From: an uncultured Phycisphaerales bacterium
GTDB lineage: Bacteria; Planctomycetota; Phycisphaerae; Tepidisphaerales; Tepidisphaeraceae
Direction: 5' to 3'
Length of the DNA: 64,000 nt
NCBI GenBank assembly: GCA_963758525.1
Contig: CAVWVQ010000003.1
Location: 3,712,001 to 3,776,000 of the forward strand
Under the pieces are notes generated by a model that saw nothing but the letters and a program-made list of their open reading frames with translations, did not search any database and was not told where the DNA came from. Below are positions 1-11,137 of this stretch, in pieces; within the stretch, counting starts at the first letter, position 1; the number at the start of each line of letters is the position of its first letter. A program made the position numbers and the translations under genes.

Positions 1-907
1 GATAAACGTGAGCGAGTCGAGGAGCACGCCGATGACGTGGGGGGCGCAGCGGATGGAATAGCGGTCTTGAATCCGGCCATCGTGCTGGGCGCTGCCACTG
101 ACGTATTCAACATCATCGGCGATCCAGCGGGCGCAGGCGCTGGCCGGGGTGTGGCTTGGCGAGAAAAATGCGGTCGTCGAAGTGGCCGCGGTTGCCGCGG
201 AGGACGTCGCTGCTCATCGCCGTCAGCGCCGACGCCCAACGAGCAAGTTGCCTTGCCCGCTCGTAGGCAAGGCACGCCAGCGCGGTCATGACGCTGGTGC
301 CGTTCATCAGCGCGAGGCTTTCCTTGGGCCGAAGCTCGATGGGCTTGAGGCGCGCTTCCGCCAGCGCGGTCGCGGAGGGAACGACTTTCCCGTTGTAGGA
401 GACCTCGCGCTCCCCGATCAGGACTGCGGCGACGTAGGAAAGCGGCGTGAGATCGCCGCTGGCGCCGACCGATCCTTCCGAGGGGATTTGCGGGAGAATG
501 CGATGGTTCAACAGATCGCAGAGCCGTTGCAGCAGAAGCGGCCGCACACCCGAGCGTCCCTGCGCGAGGCTGACGAGCCTGACAACGATGACGGCGGCGC
601 TCTGGTCATCTTCGAGCATTTGACCGGTGCCGCAGCCATGAAAGCGGACGAGATTTGCCGCCATGCGTGCGGAGAGCTCGGGCGGAACTGCTTTTTCGCA
701 GGATTCGCCGAACCCGGTGGTGACGCCGTAGATGAGTTCGCCGCGGGAGATCAGCCGGTCGAGCAGTTCGACGCTGCGGTCGAGCCGCTGACGAAACGCC
801 GCCGACTCGTCGAGGGCGACGCGCGCTTCGCCCCGCGCCACGCTTAACACATCGGCAATACTGAGCGGCGTGGCCCCGATGGTGATGACAGGCTTTTCTT
901 CAGCCAA
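1..907 (-). CDS. Aromatic amino acid ammonia-lyase (HAL/PAL family, MIO enzyme); runs off window start, frameshift near 137
   Basis: YGVTTGFG, MIO motif GSVGASGDLTPL and LMNGT; after the shift near 137 another frame gives RIQDRYSIRCAPHVIG. Start placed at TTG 907 behind AAGGA (uncertain). Confidence 0.9.
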
Positions 908-1016
908 TTGCGTTGGTCCTTGCTGCGTTTTCCCAAATGCCCGGTGGAAGTTAGCGCAATGATAATCGGGATACGCGGCAATGCCAGAGGGGGTTCGGTC
1001 AGGGCGGCCCCCTCGG

Positions 1017-2186
1017 TCACCGTGTCGCGAGCTCGCCCGCTTTCGCGCCGGTCGCGAGGCAAATCCCTCCAACGCGGGTCGACGCCGCTGCGGCGCGGGT
1101 TGCGGAAATGCAGGTCCCGCCGGCGAACAGATTTTCGACCACCGCGCTCTGCAGCGCTTCGGGCGGGATGTCGTAGTGATCGCCAGGCGGCGGGTAGTCG
1201 TAGGACGGGCCCTTCTCCGAATCCCAGTTTTCGATCGGCCACCAGGCGTGAATCGCGTCGGGGCCGCGCTTTTTGCCGGAGAGTACGTCTGATTCGGTTA
1301 CGAGATATTTGCCACGCAGGCGTCGCCCGTCGCGGCGCAGGGCATGGGGTGACATCTCGATGATGGTCGCTGAGGTAAACGCGGCAATGCTTTCGCGGAC
1401 TTCCAGAATGACGCTGCGAACGAAAGGATTTGCCTGTTCGGGTGAAAATGCGTTGGGCGGAATCGCGAGCTTGAGCACGCCTTCGCCGGGGCTGGGGCCG
1501 GGATAGAAGACCGCGAATCTTGCGGCGTGAGGCAGCGATCCTTCGATGACAGCCTGATTGAGCGCATACGGAATCTGCAGGCGCAGCAGATCGGCGTCTC
1601 CAGTCAATCCCGCCCAGCGGATGGCATATCCGCCCAGCATGTCGGTGGAAGCGCGATCGGGCGGTTGCAGGGCGTCTTCGCCGACCAACTGCAGTATGTT
1701 GCCCCCGCCGGTGCAATCGACGACTGCGTTGACGGGAAACGTTCCGTCGACAGTCCCGGAAAGTCGCAGGGAAATGATGCGATCGCCCTCGCGGCTTACG
1801 GCAATCGCGCGGGTGTCCGTCCGAAGATCGACCTTTGAGTCGGCACAGATATCCGTCAGCGCGCTCTCCCACGCTGACGTGGGAAATTCGAGCACGGACG
1901 CGTGCCCGAACGTTCGCGGAACGACGCCCGACGGGGCGTTGCGGACCATGCGCGTTACCACTTCGCGCTGCAAGCCGGCGTTCAGCGTGTCAGCGGGCGC
2001 CGACGGAGCGGCGGCGTAGAGCCCGCAAAGAGAGCGGTGCATGGCGGCGGTCACGGAGCCGCCCAGACGATTGCCAGCGTCGATCAGAAGTACAGCGGCG
2101 CCGCGCCGCGCCGCGGCCGCGGCGGCGCAGACGCCGGCGGGGCCGGCGCCGACGACGGCGATGTCATATTTTTGTCGCGGCAGCAC
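1017..2186 (-). CDS. FAD-dependent oxidoreductase (FAD_oxidored family)
   Basis: VVGAGPAGVCAAAAAAR Rossmann motif, VVDCTGGG, and C-terminal YDIP...NLFAGGTCISAT...STRV. Confidence 0.85.
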   Translation of the reverse strand: MLPRQKYDIAVVGAGPAGVCAAAAAARRGAAVLLIDAGNRLGGSVTAAMHRSLCGLYAAAPSAPADTLNAGLQREVVTRMVRNAPSGVVPRTFGHASVLEFPTSAWESALTDICADSKVDLRTDTRAIAVSREGDRIISLRLSGTVDGTFPVNAVVDCTGGGNILQLVGEDALQPPDRASTDMLGGYAIRWAGLTGDADLLRLQIPYALNQAVIEGSLPHAARFAVFYPGPSPGEGVLKLAIPPNAFSPEQANPFVRSVILEVRESIAAFTSATIIEMSPHALRRDGRRLRGKYLVTESDVLSGKKRGPDAIHAWWPIENWDSEKGPSYDYPPPGDHYDIPPEALQSAVVENLFAGGTCISATRAAAASTRVGGICLATGAKAGELATR

Positions 2187-2196
2187 GGAGTGAATC

Positions 2197-2598
2197 TCAT
2201 CGCGGGAAACCGGGATCCGTTGGATCGTAGTCGACTTCCATCACGCTGTAGCCGGAGGTGAAGGCGCTGTCCTGGGAGTAGACGATTTCCCCGATTCCCT
2301 TGTAATAGGCGGTCACGCGGGAGTTGTCGCCGCCGTAATGGAACGGAATCCATGCTTTGCCGGTGACGTATGCATGCTGGGAGGTTGGGGGACCGATGGT
2401 CGCCTGCACCTGCTCCATGCTCATGCCGTTTTTCACTTTCGCGAACGGGCTGTCGGGGGGAATGGGAACGGCCGGCGCGGTGGCGGCGGGAGCTTCGGCG
2501 GGCCTTGCCGAGGCCGAGCTGGAATTGCTGGAGGAGCACCCGATCAGCAGGCTCGCTGGAAGTACGACGGCGGCACCTATAATGCGTTTGTTGAACAT
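2197..2598 (-). CDS. Small lipoprotein with SmpA/BamE-like domain
   Basis: Lipobox LLIGC after a hydrophobic signal; KVKNGMSMEQVQATIGPP motif; GGAG RBS before ATG 2598. Confidence 0.7.
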   Translation of the reverse strand: MFNKRIIGAAVVLPASLLIGCSSSNSSSASARPAEAPAATAPAVPIPPDSPFAKVKNGMSMEQVQATIGPPTSQHAYVTGKAWIPFHYGGDNSRVTAYYKGIGEIVYSQDSAFTSGYSVMEVDYDPTDPGFPR

Positions 2599-2644
2599 GG
2601 CGCGGTTCTCCATGAAATGTGGTTTGGCGATAAGGAAAAATCTA

Positions 2645-3880
2645 TCACCGCGGCATGGTACAGGCAATAGCGGCATTGATCCCGCCGAAAGCGAAGCTGT
2701 TCTTGAGGAAGGCATCGAACCTCGCGGCTTTCTTCTCGCGAACGTGGTTGATGCCGGCGCAGGCCGGATCGACCTCCTCGAGATTGTGCGTGGGGTAGAT
2801 CGTCTGGCTTCGCATCATTTCGATGGTGGCCGCTAATTCGATCGCGCCCGATGCGCCCAGCGTGTGTCCCATGTTCCCTTTGAGACTGCTGACCGGTACG
2901 TCGGGGCCGAAAACCGCCGCGATGGCGCTGGCTTCGGCGGCGTCTCCCTGGGGAGTGCCGGTCGCGTGCGCGCCGACATAGCCGATGTCGCTGGGCGAAA
3001 GCCCGGCGGATGAGAGCGTCGTCCGCATGCAGACTCGCATGGAAGAGTCGTCCGACTGACTGACATGCACGCCGTTGCTGCAGGTGTGATACCCGACCAC
3101 CTCGGCCAGAATGTTGGCTCCGCGACGCTTCGCGTGCTCGAGTTCTTCGAGAACGATGACGCCGGCACCTTCGCCGCAGACCAGGCCGTCGCGCTGCGCG
3201 TCAAACGGGCGCGGCGTGCGCGAGGGGCTGTCGTTAAATTTGCTGGAGGCAGCATAAAGGATGTCGAAAGAACCCACGACCGTCTCGTGCAGCTCCTCAC
3301 CCCCGCCGCAGAGAAGAACGTCCTGCCGCCCGAGCCGGATTTGATCGTATGCGGCCCCAACTGCCTGCAGTCCCGACGCACATGCAGCCGATGTCGCGGA
3401 GACGACACCTTTGATGCCGAAATATTGCGCCACGTTGAGGGCGACGGTGTGCGAGACGCATCGGAAAAATTCCGAGGCGCCCAACAGCATGTACTCACTT
3501 TTGGCCAGCAGCAGCTCGTAGGTGTGCGTGATCGCCTGCGGGCTTCCGGTGGTGGATCCCATGATGCATCCGAAGCGCGGATTGTCGGGGATCGTGGCCG
3601 GGTCGATCTGCGCATGTTGCAGCGCCTGGACGGCGGCTTGCACGCCGAAGATGCTCATCGTGCTCATCGTCCGGCGGGTCGCGCGGGGGATCCCCTTGGG
3701 ATCGCGCAGCTCGATCGACGCCCCGACCTGGCAGCGAAGCTTGCCGAAGCGGTTCCATGAAGGAGGCATCGCCCGGGTGGCGCAGACACCGGCCTCGAGG
3801 CCTTGCATCATTTCGGTCACGCTATAGCCGATCGGAGATACGACGCCGTATCCGGTTATGACGACGCGGTGGAAAGACAT
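2645..3880 (-). CDS. Beta-ketoacyl-ACP synthase (FabF/FabB-like, cluster-associated)
   Basis: Catalytic Cys (SAACASG), His (AHATGT), His (GHTLG), and NSFAFGG. Confidence 0.92.
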   Translation of the reverse strand: MSFHRVVITGYGVVSPIGYSVTEMMQGLEAGVCATRAMPPSWNRFGKLRCQVGASIELRDPKGIPRATRRTMSTMSIFGVQAAVQALQHAQIDPATIPDNPRFGCIMGSTTGSPQAITHTYELLLAKSEYMLLGASEFFRCVSHTVALNVAQYFGIKGVVSATSAACASGLQAVGAAYDQIRLGRQDVLLCGGGEELHETVVGSFDILYAASSKFNDSPSRTPRPFDAQRDGLVCGEGAGVIVLEELEHAKRRGANILAEVVGYHTCSNGVHVSQSDDSSMRVCMRTTLSSAGLSPSDIGYVGAHATGTPQGDAAEASAIAAVFGPDVPVSSLKGNMGHTLGASGAIELAATIEMMRSQTIYPTHNLEEVDPACAGINHVREKKAARFDAFLKNSFAFGGINAAIACTMPR

Positions 3881-5376
3881 GATTTCCCGGAAAGATAATC
3901 CTTAAACACATCGCGCCCCAGAAGACTTCGGCACACAAAGAACGCCGAGGTCATCGCTCCAAGCACCCCCGGCAACAGCGCGCTTTGGCCCGCCGCATAT
4001 AAATTCGAGAGCGGCAGCCGACCGGCGACATTAAACTGCCCGATTTTCTGACGAATGCCATAGGCGCTCCCATCAGGGCTGTGCAAATAGTCGCGGTACG
4101 TGAGCGTTGACGCGGAGTCGATCACGCGCGTTTCCCGGCATTCTGGAAGATGCTCGCGGATCCGTCCGAGGACCGATTCGGTCCGCAGCCTTTTATACTC
4201 AGCGTATTCCCGCGGCCGGCGTTTGAGCTTCGTCGCATTCCATCGATCGGTCGTTTCCGTGAAAGCCACCTCCAGCGCAGTCACCGTATGCACCGGGCCG
4301 CTCGACCCGCGCTCGCTGCTGCGCAGCACCATCATCGGCCCGTCGATCGGCTCGGGCGACCGGCAGGTCAGCATCTCATTCAAATCGGTATTCGGCAGAA
4401 TCGACGCCAGCGTGATCGCGTCCTTGCCCGCGGGGGTGTCCAGCGCACCGTAGAGCGTGAAAAAACCGTTGGTCGATTCAAAATCGTTGACGCGATTCGC
4501 AAAAGCTTTGGAAATGTGCTCCCTGGGGAGAATTGACAGAATGCTGCGCGGATGAATCGTGAAAATGCACCCGGCGGCGCTAACCTCCGTGCCGTCGGTC
4601 AATGCGAAACGCATCACTTTGCGTTTCTCGACATCGAGGCATTCCTGGATCGTGGTGCGCGTGCGGATTTCGACGTTATCCCGACGCAACACATCGACCA
4701 GCGCATCGACGAAGGCGTCGCCCCCATCTTCCACGCGCGCAAGCGATTCCTGCAATCCGAAGCAGACCCGGCAATGGGTTGCAAACGAGACTTCATTGGG
4801 CCGGGTTCCGTAACACATGCACAGGCCGCCGAGGATCGTCTGCAGCATTTGATCTGACGTGCAGTCGTCAAGGACGGTCTGGAGCGGAATGGTGTCAGCC
4901 TCAAGCGGCGGCGGAAATTCATCGAAGCCGGAGACGGTGAGCGTTGGGGTCGCATCGATGACCGCCTGGAATTTTTGGAAGTAACGGTCAAGGCCGGCGC
5001 GCTCGCGCGGGAAATCGCGCTTGAGTTTTTCGCGGACGATTTCCATACCGCAGGGGATGACGTACTGGGCTCCCAGTGAGGGGAAGATCATGCGATGGGA
5101 CGCGTCGCGCGGGAAAAACAGCGGGCGAATCTGATCGCGGACGCCGAGGATGGAAAGGAGCGTGTCGAGCACGCCATTGCGCTGGTCGTTGAATCCGCCG
5201 GTGAAGTGGAAGCCGACATCGTAGGGGATTCCCTCCACGCGGAAGCGCGCCAGTGATCCGCCGAGAATGGTCGCTTTTTCCAACAGCAGCACGCGCTTGC
5301 CGTGCTGGGAGAGGACGCGGGCGGCGGTGAGCCCGGTGATGCCGCTGCCGACGACGATGTAATCGTAGTTTTTCAT
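3856..5376 (-). CDS. Phytoene desaturase/retinol saturase-like FAD oxidoreductase
   Basis: IVVGSGITG, YDVGFHFTGG, TLTYRDY...GSAYG, NLYAAGQS; overlaps the KS start. Confidence 0.85.
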   Translation of the reverse strand: MKNYDYIVVGSGITGLTAARVLSQHGKRVLLLEKATILGGSLARFRVEGIPYDVGFHFTGGFNDQRNGVLDTLLSILGVRDQIRPLFFPRDASHRMIFPSLGAQYVIPCGMEIVREKLKRDFPRERAGLDRYFQKFQAVIDATPTLTVSGFDEFPPPLEADTIPLQTVLDDCTSDQMLQTILGGLCMCYGTRPNEVSFATHCRVCFGLQESLARVEDGGDAFVDALVDVLRRDNVEIRTRTTIQECLDVEKRKVMRFALTDGTEVSAAGCIFTIHPRSILSILPREHISKAFANRVNDFESTNGFFTLYGALDTPAGKDAITLASILPNTDLNEMLTCRSPEPIDGPMMVLRSSERGSSGPVHTVTALEVAFTETTDRWNATKLKRRPREYAEYKRLRTESVLGRIREHLPECRETRVIDSASTLTYRDYLHSPDGSAYGIRQKIGQFNVAGRLPLSNLYAAGQSALLPGVLGAMTSAFFVCRSLLGRDVFKDYLSGKSCLSTASS

Positions 5377-5474
5377 TGATCCGGGCTGCGGCGCGGGCCT
5401 CTATGCAGGAACGCGCTCCGCTGCGCGTCGCGGCCAACCCGTAAAGACACATCACAGGCAGCTTGGATGGGCGA

Positions 5475-6209
5475 TCAGGTCGCGAGGCCGCCGTTGATTC
5501 CGATGACCTGTCCATGAATATACATGGAAGGTTCACGACAGAGAAACTCAATGACGGCGGCCACGTCGTCCACCTGCCCAAATCGGGCCAGGGGGATCAT
5601 CGGGAGAATCTTGTCCTTCGGCAGATTCGCGGTCATGTCGGTTTCGATCAATCCCGGCGCAACCGCGTTGACGCAGATGTTTCGCTTGCCCACTTCGCGG
5701 GCCAGCGCCTTGCACGCTCCGATCAAACCCGCCTTGGCAGCCGAGTAATTCACCTGCCCGGCCTGGCCTACCTGCCCGGATACCGACGACACCGCCACAA
5801 TTCGGCCGCGACGGGCCCGCAGCATCGCGAAAAGCACCGCGTTGATTACGTTGTAAAAGCCATCGAGATCGGTCCGAATGACAGCCGTCCATTCTTCGGG
5901 TTTCATCCAGACCATCAGATTGTCGCGGGTGATTCCGGCATTGAAGACGACGATCTCCGGAGACCGCTCTTCCGCCCGGCCGCGCAGCGCCGCGTCGGTT
6001 GCCCCGCGGTCGCTGACGTCGAAGCAGAGCAACTCGCACTTGCGCCCAAGCTGCTCGATCTGAGCCTGTGTTTCGCGGGCCTGCTCGTGATTGCTGCGGT
6101 AGGTCAGCCAGATGTCGCAGCCTGATTTGGCCAATCGGATGGCGGTTGCCCTGCCGATGCCGCGGCTGCCTCCGACGACGAGCGCGACAGTGGGCTGGTC
6201 CTTTTCCAT
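5475..6209 (-). CDS. fabG: 3-oxoacyl-ACP reductase (FabG-like SDR)
   Basis: GGSRGIG, NAGITRD, YSAAK and VAPGLIETDM motifs. Confidence 0.88.
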   Translation of the reverse strand: MEKDQPTVALVVGGSRGIGRATAIRLAKSGCDIWLTYRSNHEQARETQAQIEQLGRKCELLCFDVSDRGATDAALRGRAEERSPEIVVFNAGITRDNLMVWMKPEEWTAVIRTDLDGFYNVINAVLFAMLRARRGRIVAVSSVSGQVGQAGQVNYSAAKAGLIGACKALAREVGKRNICVNAVAPGLIETDMTANLPKDKILPMIPLARFGQVDDVAAVIEFLCREPSMYIHGQVIGINGGLAT

Positions 6210-6265
6210 GGGGTGTCTATCACTATACCGCACGCCACACTGGCAGCAACGCGTTGCACCGTCGC

Positions 6266-7084
6266 ATGTTGCATCACCGCGGCTTCAATCGAATAATCGC
6301 GGGCGTGTTGTCAGATGGATCGGTGATCCCCGCGATTGAGTTGTCGGGCATTGTCCTCTTCGCCGGGATCGCCATCAGATGGCTGGTGCGGCGGCTTCTG
6401 CTTGCGTGCCTTGGCGTGAAATCGAACAGCGCGCTCGCCAGCGAGCCGATGGGTCGCGTGCTGCGTCGCTTTGAGAAAATGCGCACGTCCGTCTGGATGT
6501 TCGCGTGGTTCAAGGTGCGGCTCGATCCGATGTTTCGCGAATTGCCCGCGCTGCTGAAGGAACTGCCTTCCCCCCAGGCGATTCTCGATATCGGCTGCGG
6601 GCATGGCATCGCAGGTTCGGCGCTCCTCGAATGGTGCCCCGGCTCGACGATTGTCGGCATCGACCCGAGCGGATCGCGCGTGCGCGTCGCGTCGAAGGTT
6701 TTCGCCGGCCGCGGTCGGGCGATCCGGGGCGCCGTTCCCGATCTGCCGATCGAGCACCTCACCGGGCGCGTCGATGCGGTCCTTATTCTCGATGTCATCC
6801 ACTTTCTGACCGGTCCGCAGCTCGAAGCCACGTTTCGGCAAGTCCGCCAGCGCCTCGCCGAGGGTGGCTGGATCATCATTCGCGTGTCCATTCCCGAGGC
6901 GCCTTCAAAATCGCTGTTGTTTCGTCTCGAACCAATCCAACGGAGCTTCACGCGCGGCCGGGCGTACTACCGCACAGGCGACCGTATCGAGCAGATGCTG
7001 AAAGACGCGAAGTTCACCGTAAGGGAGCGTCAGATGTCCGGCATAGGCAGCGAACTCTGCTGGTTTATCGCGGTCGCAATTTGA
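6266..7084 (+). CDS. Class I SAM-dependent methyltransferase (start uncertain, 6266 or 6449)
   Basis: ILDIGCGHG motif I, GIDP, LDVIHF; FAWFKVRLDPMF N-terminal motif seen in lipid-cluster methyltransferases. Confidence 0.75.
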   Translation: MLHHRGFNRIIAGVLSDGSVIPAIELSGIVLFAGIAIRWLVRRLLLACLGVKSNSALASEPMGRVLRRFEKMRTSVWMFAWFKVRLDPMFRELPALLKELPSPQAILDIGCGHGIAGSALLEWCPGSTIVGIDPSGSRVRVASKVFAGRGRAIRGAVPDLPIEHLTGRVDAVLILDVIHFLTGPQLEATFRQVRQRLAEGGWIIIRVSIPEAPSKSLLFRLEPIQRSFTRGRAYYRTGDRIEQMLKDAKFTVRERQMSGIGSELCWFIAVAI

Positions 7085-7254
7085 CTCACCTGTAGCACGG
7101 CCGTCCCGGCTGCGATTCGAAGCTGCAGCCGACACGGCTGTGCTACGAGAATGGCTCATTCGTTTCTCAGTGAAAACCTGAGTGCTTGATGCTTGGCCGC
7201 TCTATCTCGCGATCTGGTCGCGTGGTAGCTTCAGTGACCGCGGCGAAATCGACG

Positions 7255-7680
7255 ATGAATGGACAGGCTCCTCCCGTGAATAACATCCCGCATAAGCTCG
7301 GTTTGCTGCTCGCCCAGTTTTCGTACGTTCGGCGCACCATTGACAAGCGCGCCGACTTGCGCGAGTTTCGCGGCCGTCCGACGCTTCGCATCTTCGTGGG
7401 CGTCTTTGCGATCTGCCTCAGTTTTGCCATGTGCTGGCCGGTGATCACCGCGCTGGGAACGCTTGGCGTCTATCTCCACCGGCCGTGGCTTGTCGTGATC
7501 TTCGGCCCGATCGTCTGGGGTGTCTCCCACTGCGTCTTCCTCTTCGGCATGGCCCTTTCCGGCGAAAAATACCTCCGCATCCTGCTTCGCTGGCTCACGC
7601 GCGTTTGCGTCGAGCAGCTTCTCGCGATGGCGCCGCAGTCATCACAGCTCGGCTGCGTTGCGGTCGCGCAGCCTGAATGA
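7255..7680 (+). CDS. Hypothetical membrane protein (2-3 TM segments)
   Basis: Hydrophobic stretches IFVGVFAICLSFAMCWPVITAL and WLVVIFGPIVWGVSHCVFLFGMAL. Confidence 0.6.
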   Translation: MNGQAPPVNNIPHKLGLLLAQFSYVRRTIDKRADLREFRGRPTLRIFVGVFAICLSFAMCWPVITALGTLGVYLHRPWLVVIFGPIVWGVSHCVFLFGMALSGEKYLRILLRWLTRVCVEQLLAMAPQSSQLGCVAVAQPE

Positions 7681-7877
7681 CCGTGCTCGATCCCGCCCGG
7701 GCCACAGGTACCGCGAAATGCAGAACACGAATCGACACGAATTTTGCACGAATCCTCACGAAGCAGATTTCCCCGCCTTTATTCGTGAGATCGTGCTTCA
7801 TTCGTGCAGATTCGTGTTCCCTCTTCATGGATTGCGCGGCACCTGGCAGATCGACAGCGCGTGTTCGCGCAAGGTCT

Positions 7878-8789
7878 TCAATTCCATAAGTCGAAGAAAT
7901 TAAAAAACTGCCAGGGATGCTGGTCGACGAACTGTTCAAGGCAATCCGCAAACTGCTGTGCGTAGGGCGCGTAATGCTCCGGTATTCGCCCGAGGCCGGG
8001 CGGGACGTTGATCACCTTCGCCAATCGCATCTCGTACGATCGGTCGGATGTTCTCGATGTCAGCATCACCACGACCGGCATGCCGCTGGCTGAGGCAAGC
8101 CGGTATGGGGTGACCGGCAACTGGATCGTCCCGCCGAGGAACTGCGCGCTGACGCGATTGCGCTCATCGCCGAAGGTGCGGTCGCCCATCATGGCAACGA
8201 TCTCGCCGCGAAGCAGCGCCTGGGTCATGCGCATCACGCCGTCTAGCCCGGTCCGGGGATCGATGATCGTCGCCCGGTCCGGATCAAACATCGAAAGCGT
8301 CCGGCGCTCGGGGATGAGCACGAGCCAGAAGTGCTTTGGAAAGGTCCTGGTCGTTGACATTCCCACCTGCCAGCTGCCGGCATGGGAGTGCAGCATGATG
8401 AAACCGTTGTCACCCTGCGCCATGTCGGCAAGGCGTTGGCGGTCTGGCGAACGTGCCGCCAGCGCGTCTCTGCCGAGCACGCCGACTGCCGTGATATCCA
8501 CCAGCGTTTCGCCGAACGTGCGGATGAGCCGATAGGAATCGAGGAATCGTCGCAGTCGGCCGCGCCGTTCCGGAAACCGCCGATCCAGATAAAATCGGGT
8601 TCGCGCCCGGATCGAAGGGTAGAGCAGCACGTACCAGAGCGTGGCGAACCACGAAATGTGATACGCGCGGGTGAGACCACCCCAGCGGAGCAGCCAGCCG
8701 AAGAATCGGAAGTGCCACGCCGGGCCGACGTTCGGCTCCGACCACTGTCGCATGCTGGCAGCCGTGTTTTCCCGATCGTCGTCGATCAT
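7878..8789 (-). CDS. Lysophospholipid/lipid A (LpxL-like) acyltransferase
   Basis: SHAGSWQ, AMMGDR, FLGG...PVTPY and C-terminal HPWQFFNFFDLW. Confidence 0.85.
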   Translation of the reverse strand: MIDDDRENTAASMRQWSEPNVGPAWHFRFFGWLLRWGGLTRAYHISWFATLWYVLLYPSIRARTRFYLDRRFPERRGRLRRFLDSYRLIRTFGETLVDITAVGVLGRDALAARSPDRQRLADMAQGDNGFIMLHSHAGSWQVGMSTTRTFPKHFWLVLIPERRTLSMFDPDRATIIDPRTGLDGVMRMTQALLRGEIVAMMGDRTFGDERNRVSAQFLGGTIQLPVTPYRLASASGMPVVVMLTSRTSDRSYEMRLAKVINVPPGLGRIPEHYAPYAQQFADCLEQFVDQHPWQFFNFFDLWN

Positions 8790-8857
8790 GCGCAGAGGGT
8801 TATGCAGCCAACAACCCGATTATGCGCAGCTCGTTAGTCGATCGCGAATCGCGCTCC

Positions 8858-8975
8858 CGTGGCATGGGCGTCCCGCCCATGCGGGTCGCGTGAAACGGCG
8901 AGGACCTTTGTTATCGACGGTTCTGAGACTTCCGCATCGCTCGCATGGGCGGGACGTGCCGGACGCCCATGCCAC
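8858..8975. repeat. REP doublet GTGGCATGGGCGTCCCGCCCATG
   Basis: Inverted pair here and at 60423-60536. Confidence 0.85.
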
Positions 8976-9049
8976 GAACCACGCGTCTTCATGAAGCAGA
9001 GTTGCTGCCCCTGCGCTACAGCCTGTCGGCGGGGCGGACGCCTCTCTTC

Positions 9050-10841
9050 TCACCCCTTCGGCGCCGCCGGCGCTAATCGAATATGCACTTCCTTGAGTTG
9101 CCGTTCGTCGATCGGTGACGGGGATCCGCACATCAAATCCGCGCCGCTTTGGGTCTTTGGGAACGCGATCACATCGCGGATGTTGGTGATTCCGCGCAGA
9201 ATCATGACCAGCCGGTCGAGGCCCAAGGCGATGCCGCCGTGCGGCGGCGCGCCGTATTGCAGCGCATCGAGCAGGAAGCCGAACTTGGCTTTCTGGGATG
9301 CGGGGTCGATGCCGAGCAGAGCGAAGACTTTCTGCTGAACGTCCATGCGGTGGATACGGATCGAGCCGCCGCCCACTTCGCTGCCGTTGACGACGATGTC
9401 GTAGGCTTTGCTGTTGACCGACTCGACGACCGCCCGGTCGGGGCTTTCGAGTTTTGCCAGGTCCTCATCCAGCGGCGCGGTGAAGGGGTGATGCGTCGCG
9501 GAGAAGCGTTTTTCTTCCTCGTCATATTCCACCAGCGGGAAGTTGACGACCCATACCCAGGCAAATTCCGTCGATGCCGGAAGCTGCAGATCGCGGGCCA
9601 TCTTCAATCGCAACTCGCCGAGGACTTTGTGAACGACTTTGGGTCGATCCGCCGCAAAGCAAAGGAGGTCGCCCTCTTTGGCGCTGGTCCGCTCGATGAT
9701 CTTCGCCGCGATCGGCGCGAGAAACTTCGCCACGCCGGTGTCGAAGCCGGTGGCCGTGACCTTGGTGACGGCCAGCCCCTTGGCGCCAAATCCCTTGGAC
9801 CACTCGGCCAGCGCGTCGGTCTCCTTGCGCGGCAGCTTCGCGCCGCCAGGCACCACAATCACCTTCACCATCGGCGCATCGCGGAAAACCTTGAAATCGG
9901 TCGTATGCGCCAGATCGGTGATGTCGCTTAGCTTCATGCCATAGCGCAAATCCGGGCGATCGGAGCCGTACGTGCTCATCGCTTCGGCATATTCCATGTG
10001 CGGAATCGGATTGGGAATTTCCTTGCCGAGGATTTCCTTCCACAGCAGGCGCAACAGCCCCTCCATCGTTTGGATGATGTCCTCGCGGTCGATGAACGAC
10101 ATCTCGACGTCGAGCTGCGTGAACTCCGCCTGCCGGTCGGCTCGGGGGTCCTCGTCGCGAAAACATCGGACGATCTGCATGTATTTGTCGCAGCCGGCGA
10201 CCATCAGCAACTGCTTGAAAAGCTGCGGCGACTGCGGGAGCGCATAGAAACTTCCCGGAATCAGCCGCGAGGGAACCAGGAAATCGCGCGCGCCTTCCGG
10301 CGTCGATTTGGTCAGGAACGGCGTTTCGATCTCCCAGAAGCCCAGGTCCCCCAGGTAATCGCGCATCATCTTCGTGACGCGATACCGCGTGCGAAGGGTC
10401 TCCTGCATCTCGGATCGGCGCAAGTCCAGGTAGCGATACGCCAGCCGTTTTTCCTCGTTGACCGTCTCGCGCTCATCCGGCGTGAAGGGGGGCGTCGGCG
10501 AAATGCTCAGCACTTCCATCGACTTGACGCGCACTTCAATCTGCCCCGTCGGCAGCTTGGGATTGACCATTCCCTCGCCCCGCGGCGTCACCACGCCAGC
10601 CGCGCTGACGACCCATTCACCGCGCAGCTTCGCGCACGTCTTCGTGAACCGCGGGCCCGCACGTGTCGCTGTCGAAGACAAGCTGCGTGAGTCCGTCGCG
10701 GTCGCGCAGATCGATAAAGACCAGCCCGCCATGATCGCGATAGGAGTGAACCCATCCCGCCAGGCGGACCTCCGCGCCAACATCAGAGCCGCGAAGCTGG
10801 CCGCAAGTGTGAGAACGATATTTGGTTTTGATGGCGTGCAT
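9050..10841 (-). CDS. aspS: Aspartate-tRNA ligase; one frameshift near 10635
   Basis: N-terminal [10 protein letters not shown]...[13 protein letters not shown] (ORF 10617-10841) joins ORF 9050-10783 containing [22 protein letters not shown] and [14 protein letters not shown]. Confidence 0.96.
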
Positions 10842-11137
10842 GGGGAGGGTTCAGGGTTCGGGGTTCAGGGTTCAGTAAGAGAAATTCGAATGACGAAGTT
10901 CGAATCCTCGAATCAAATCCGAAGCTCGAATTTCGAAACGGGGAGCCAATCTATCGTGGTCCTAACCGCGTCACGCGACATGATCTGTCCAGGGCTCGCA
11001 GTACCTCGAAGTTCTTTGCATTTGTTTCGTGTTTCGAATTTCGTCATTCGAGTTTGATTGTTTGATTCGAGGATTCGAGCTTCGTCATTCGAGCTTTGAG
11101 TTTTCGATCTTCGTCATTCGGAATTTCCGTACTCGGC

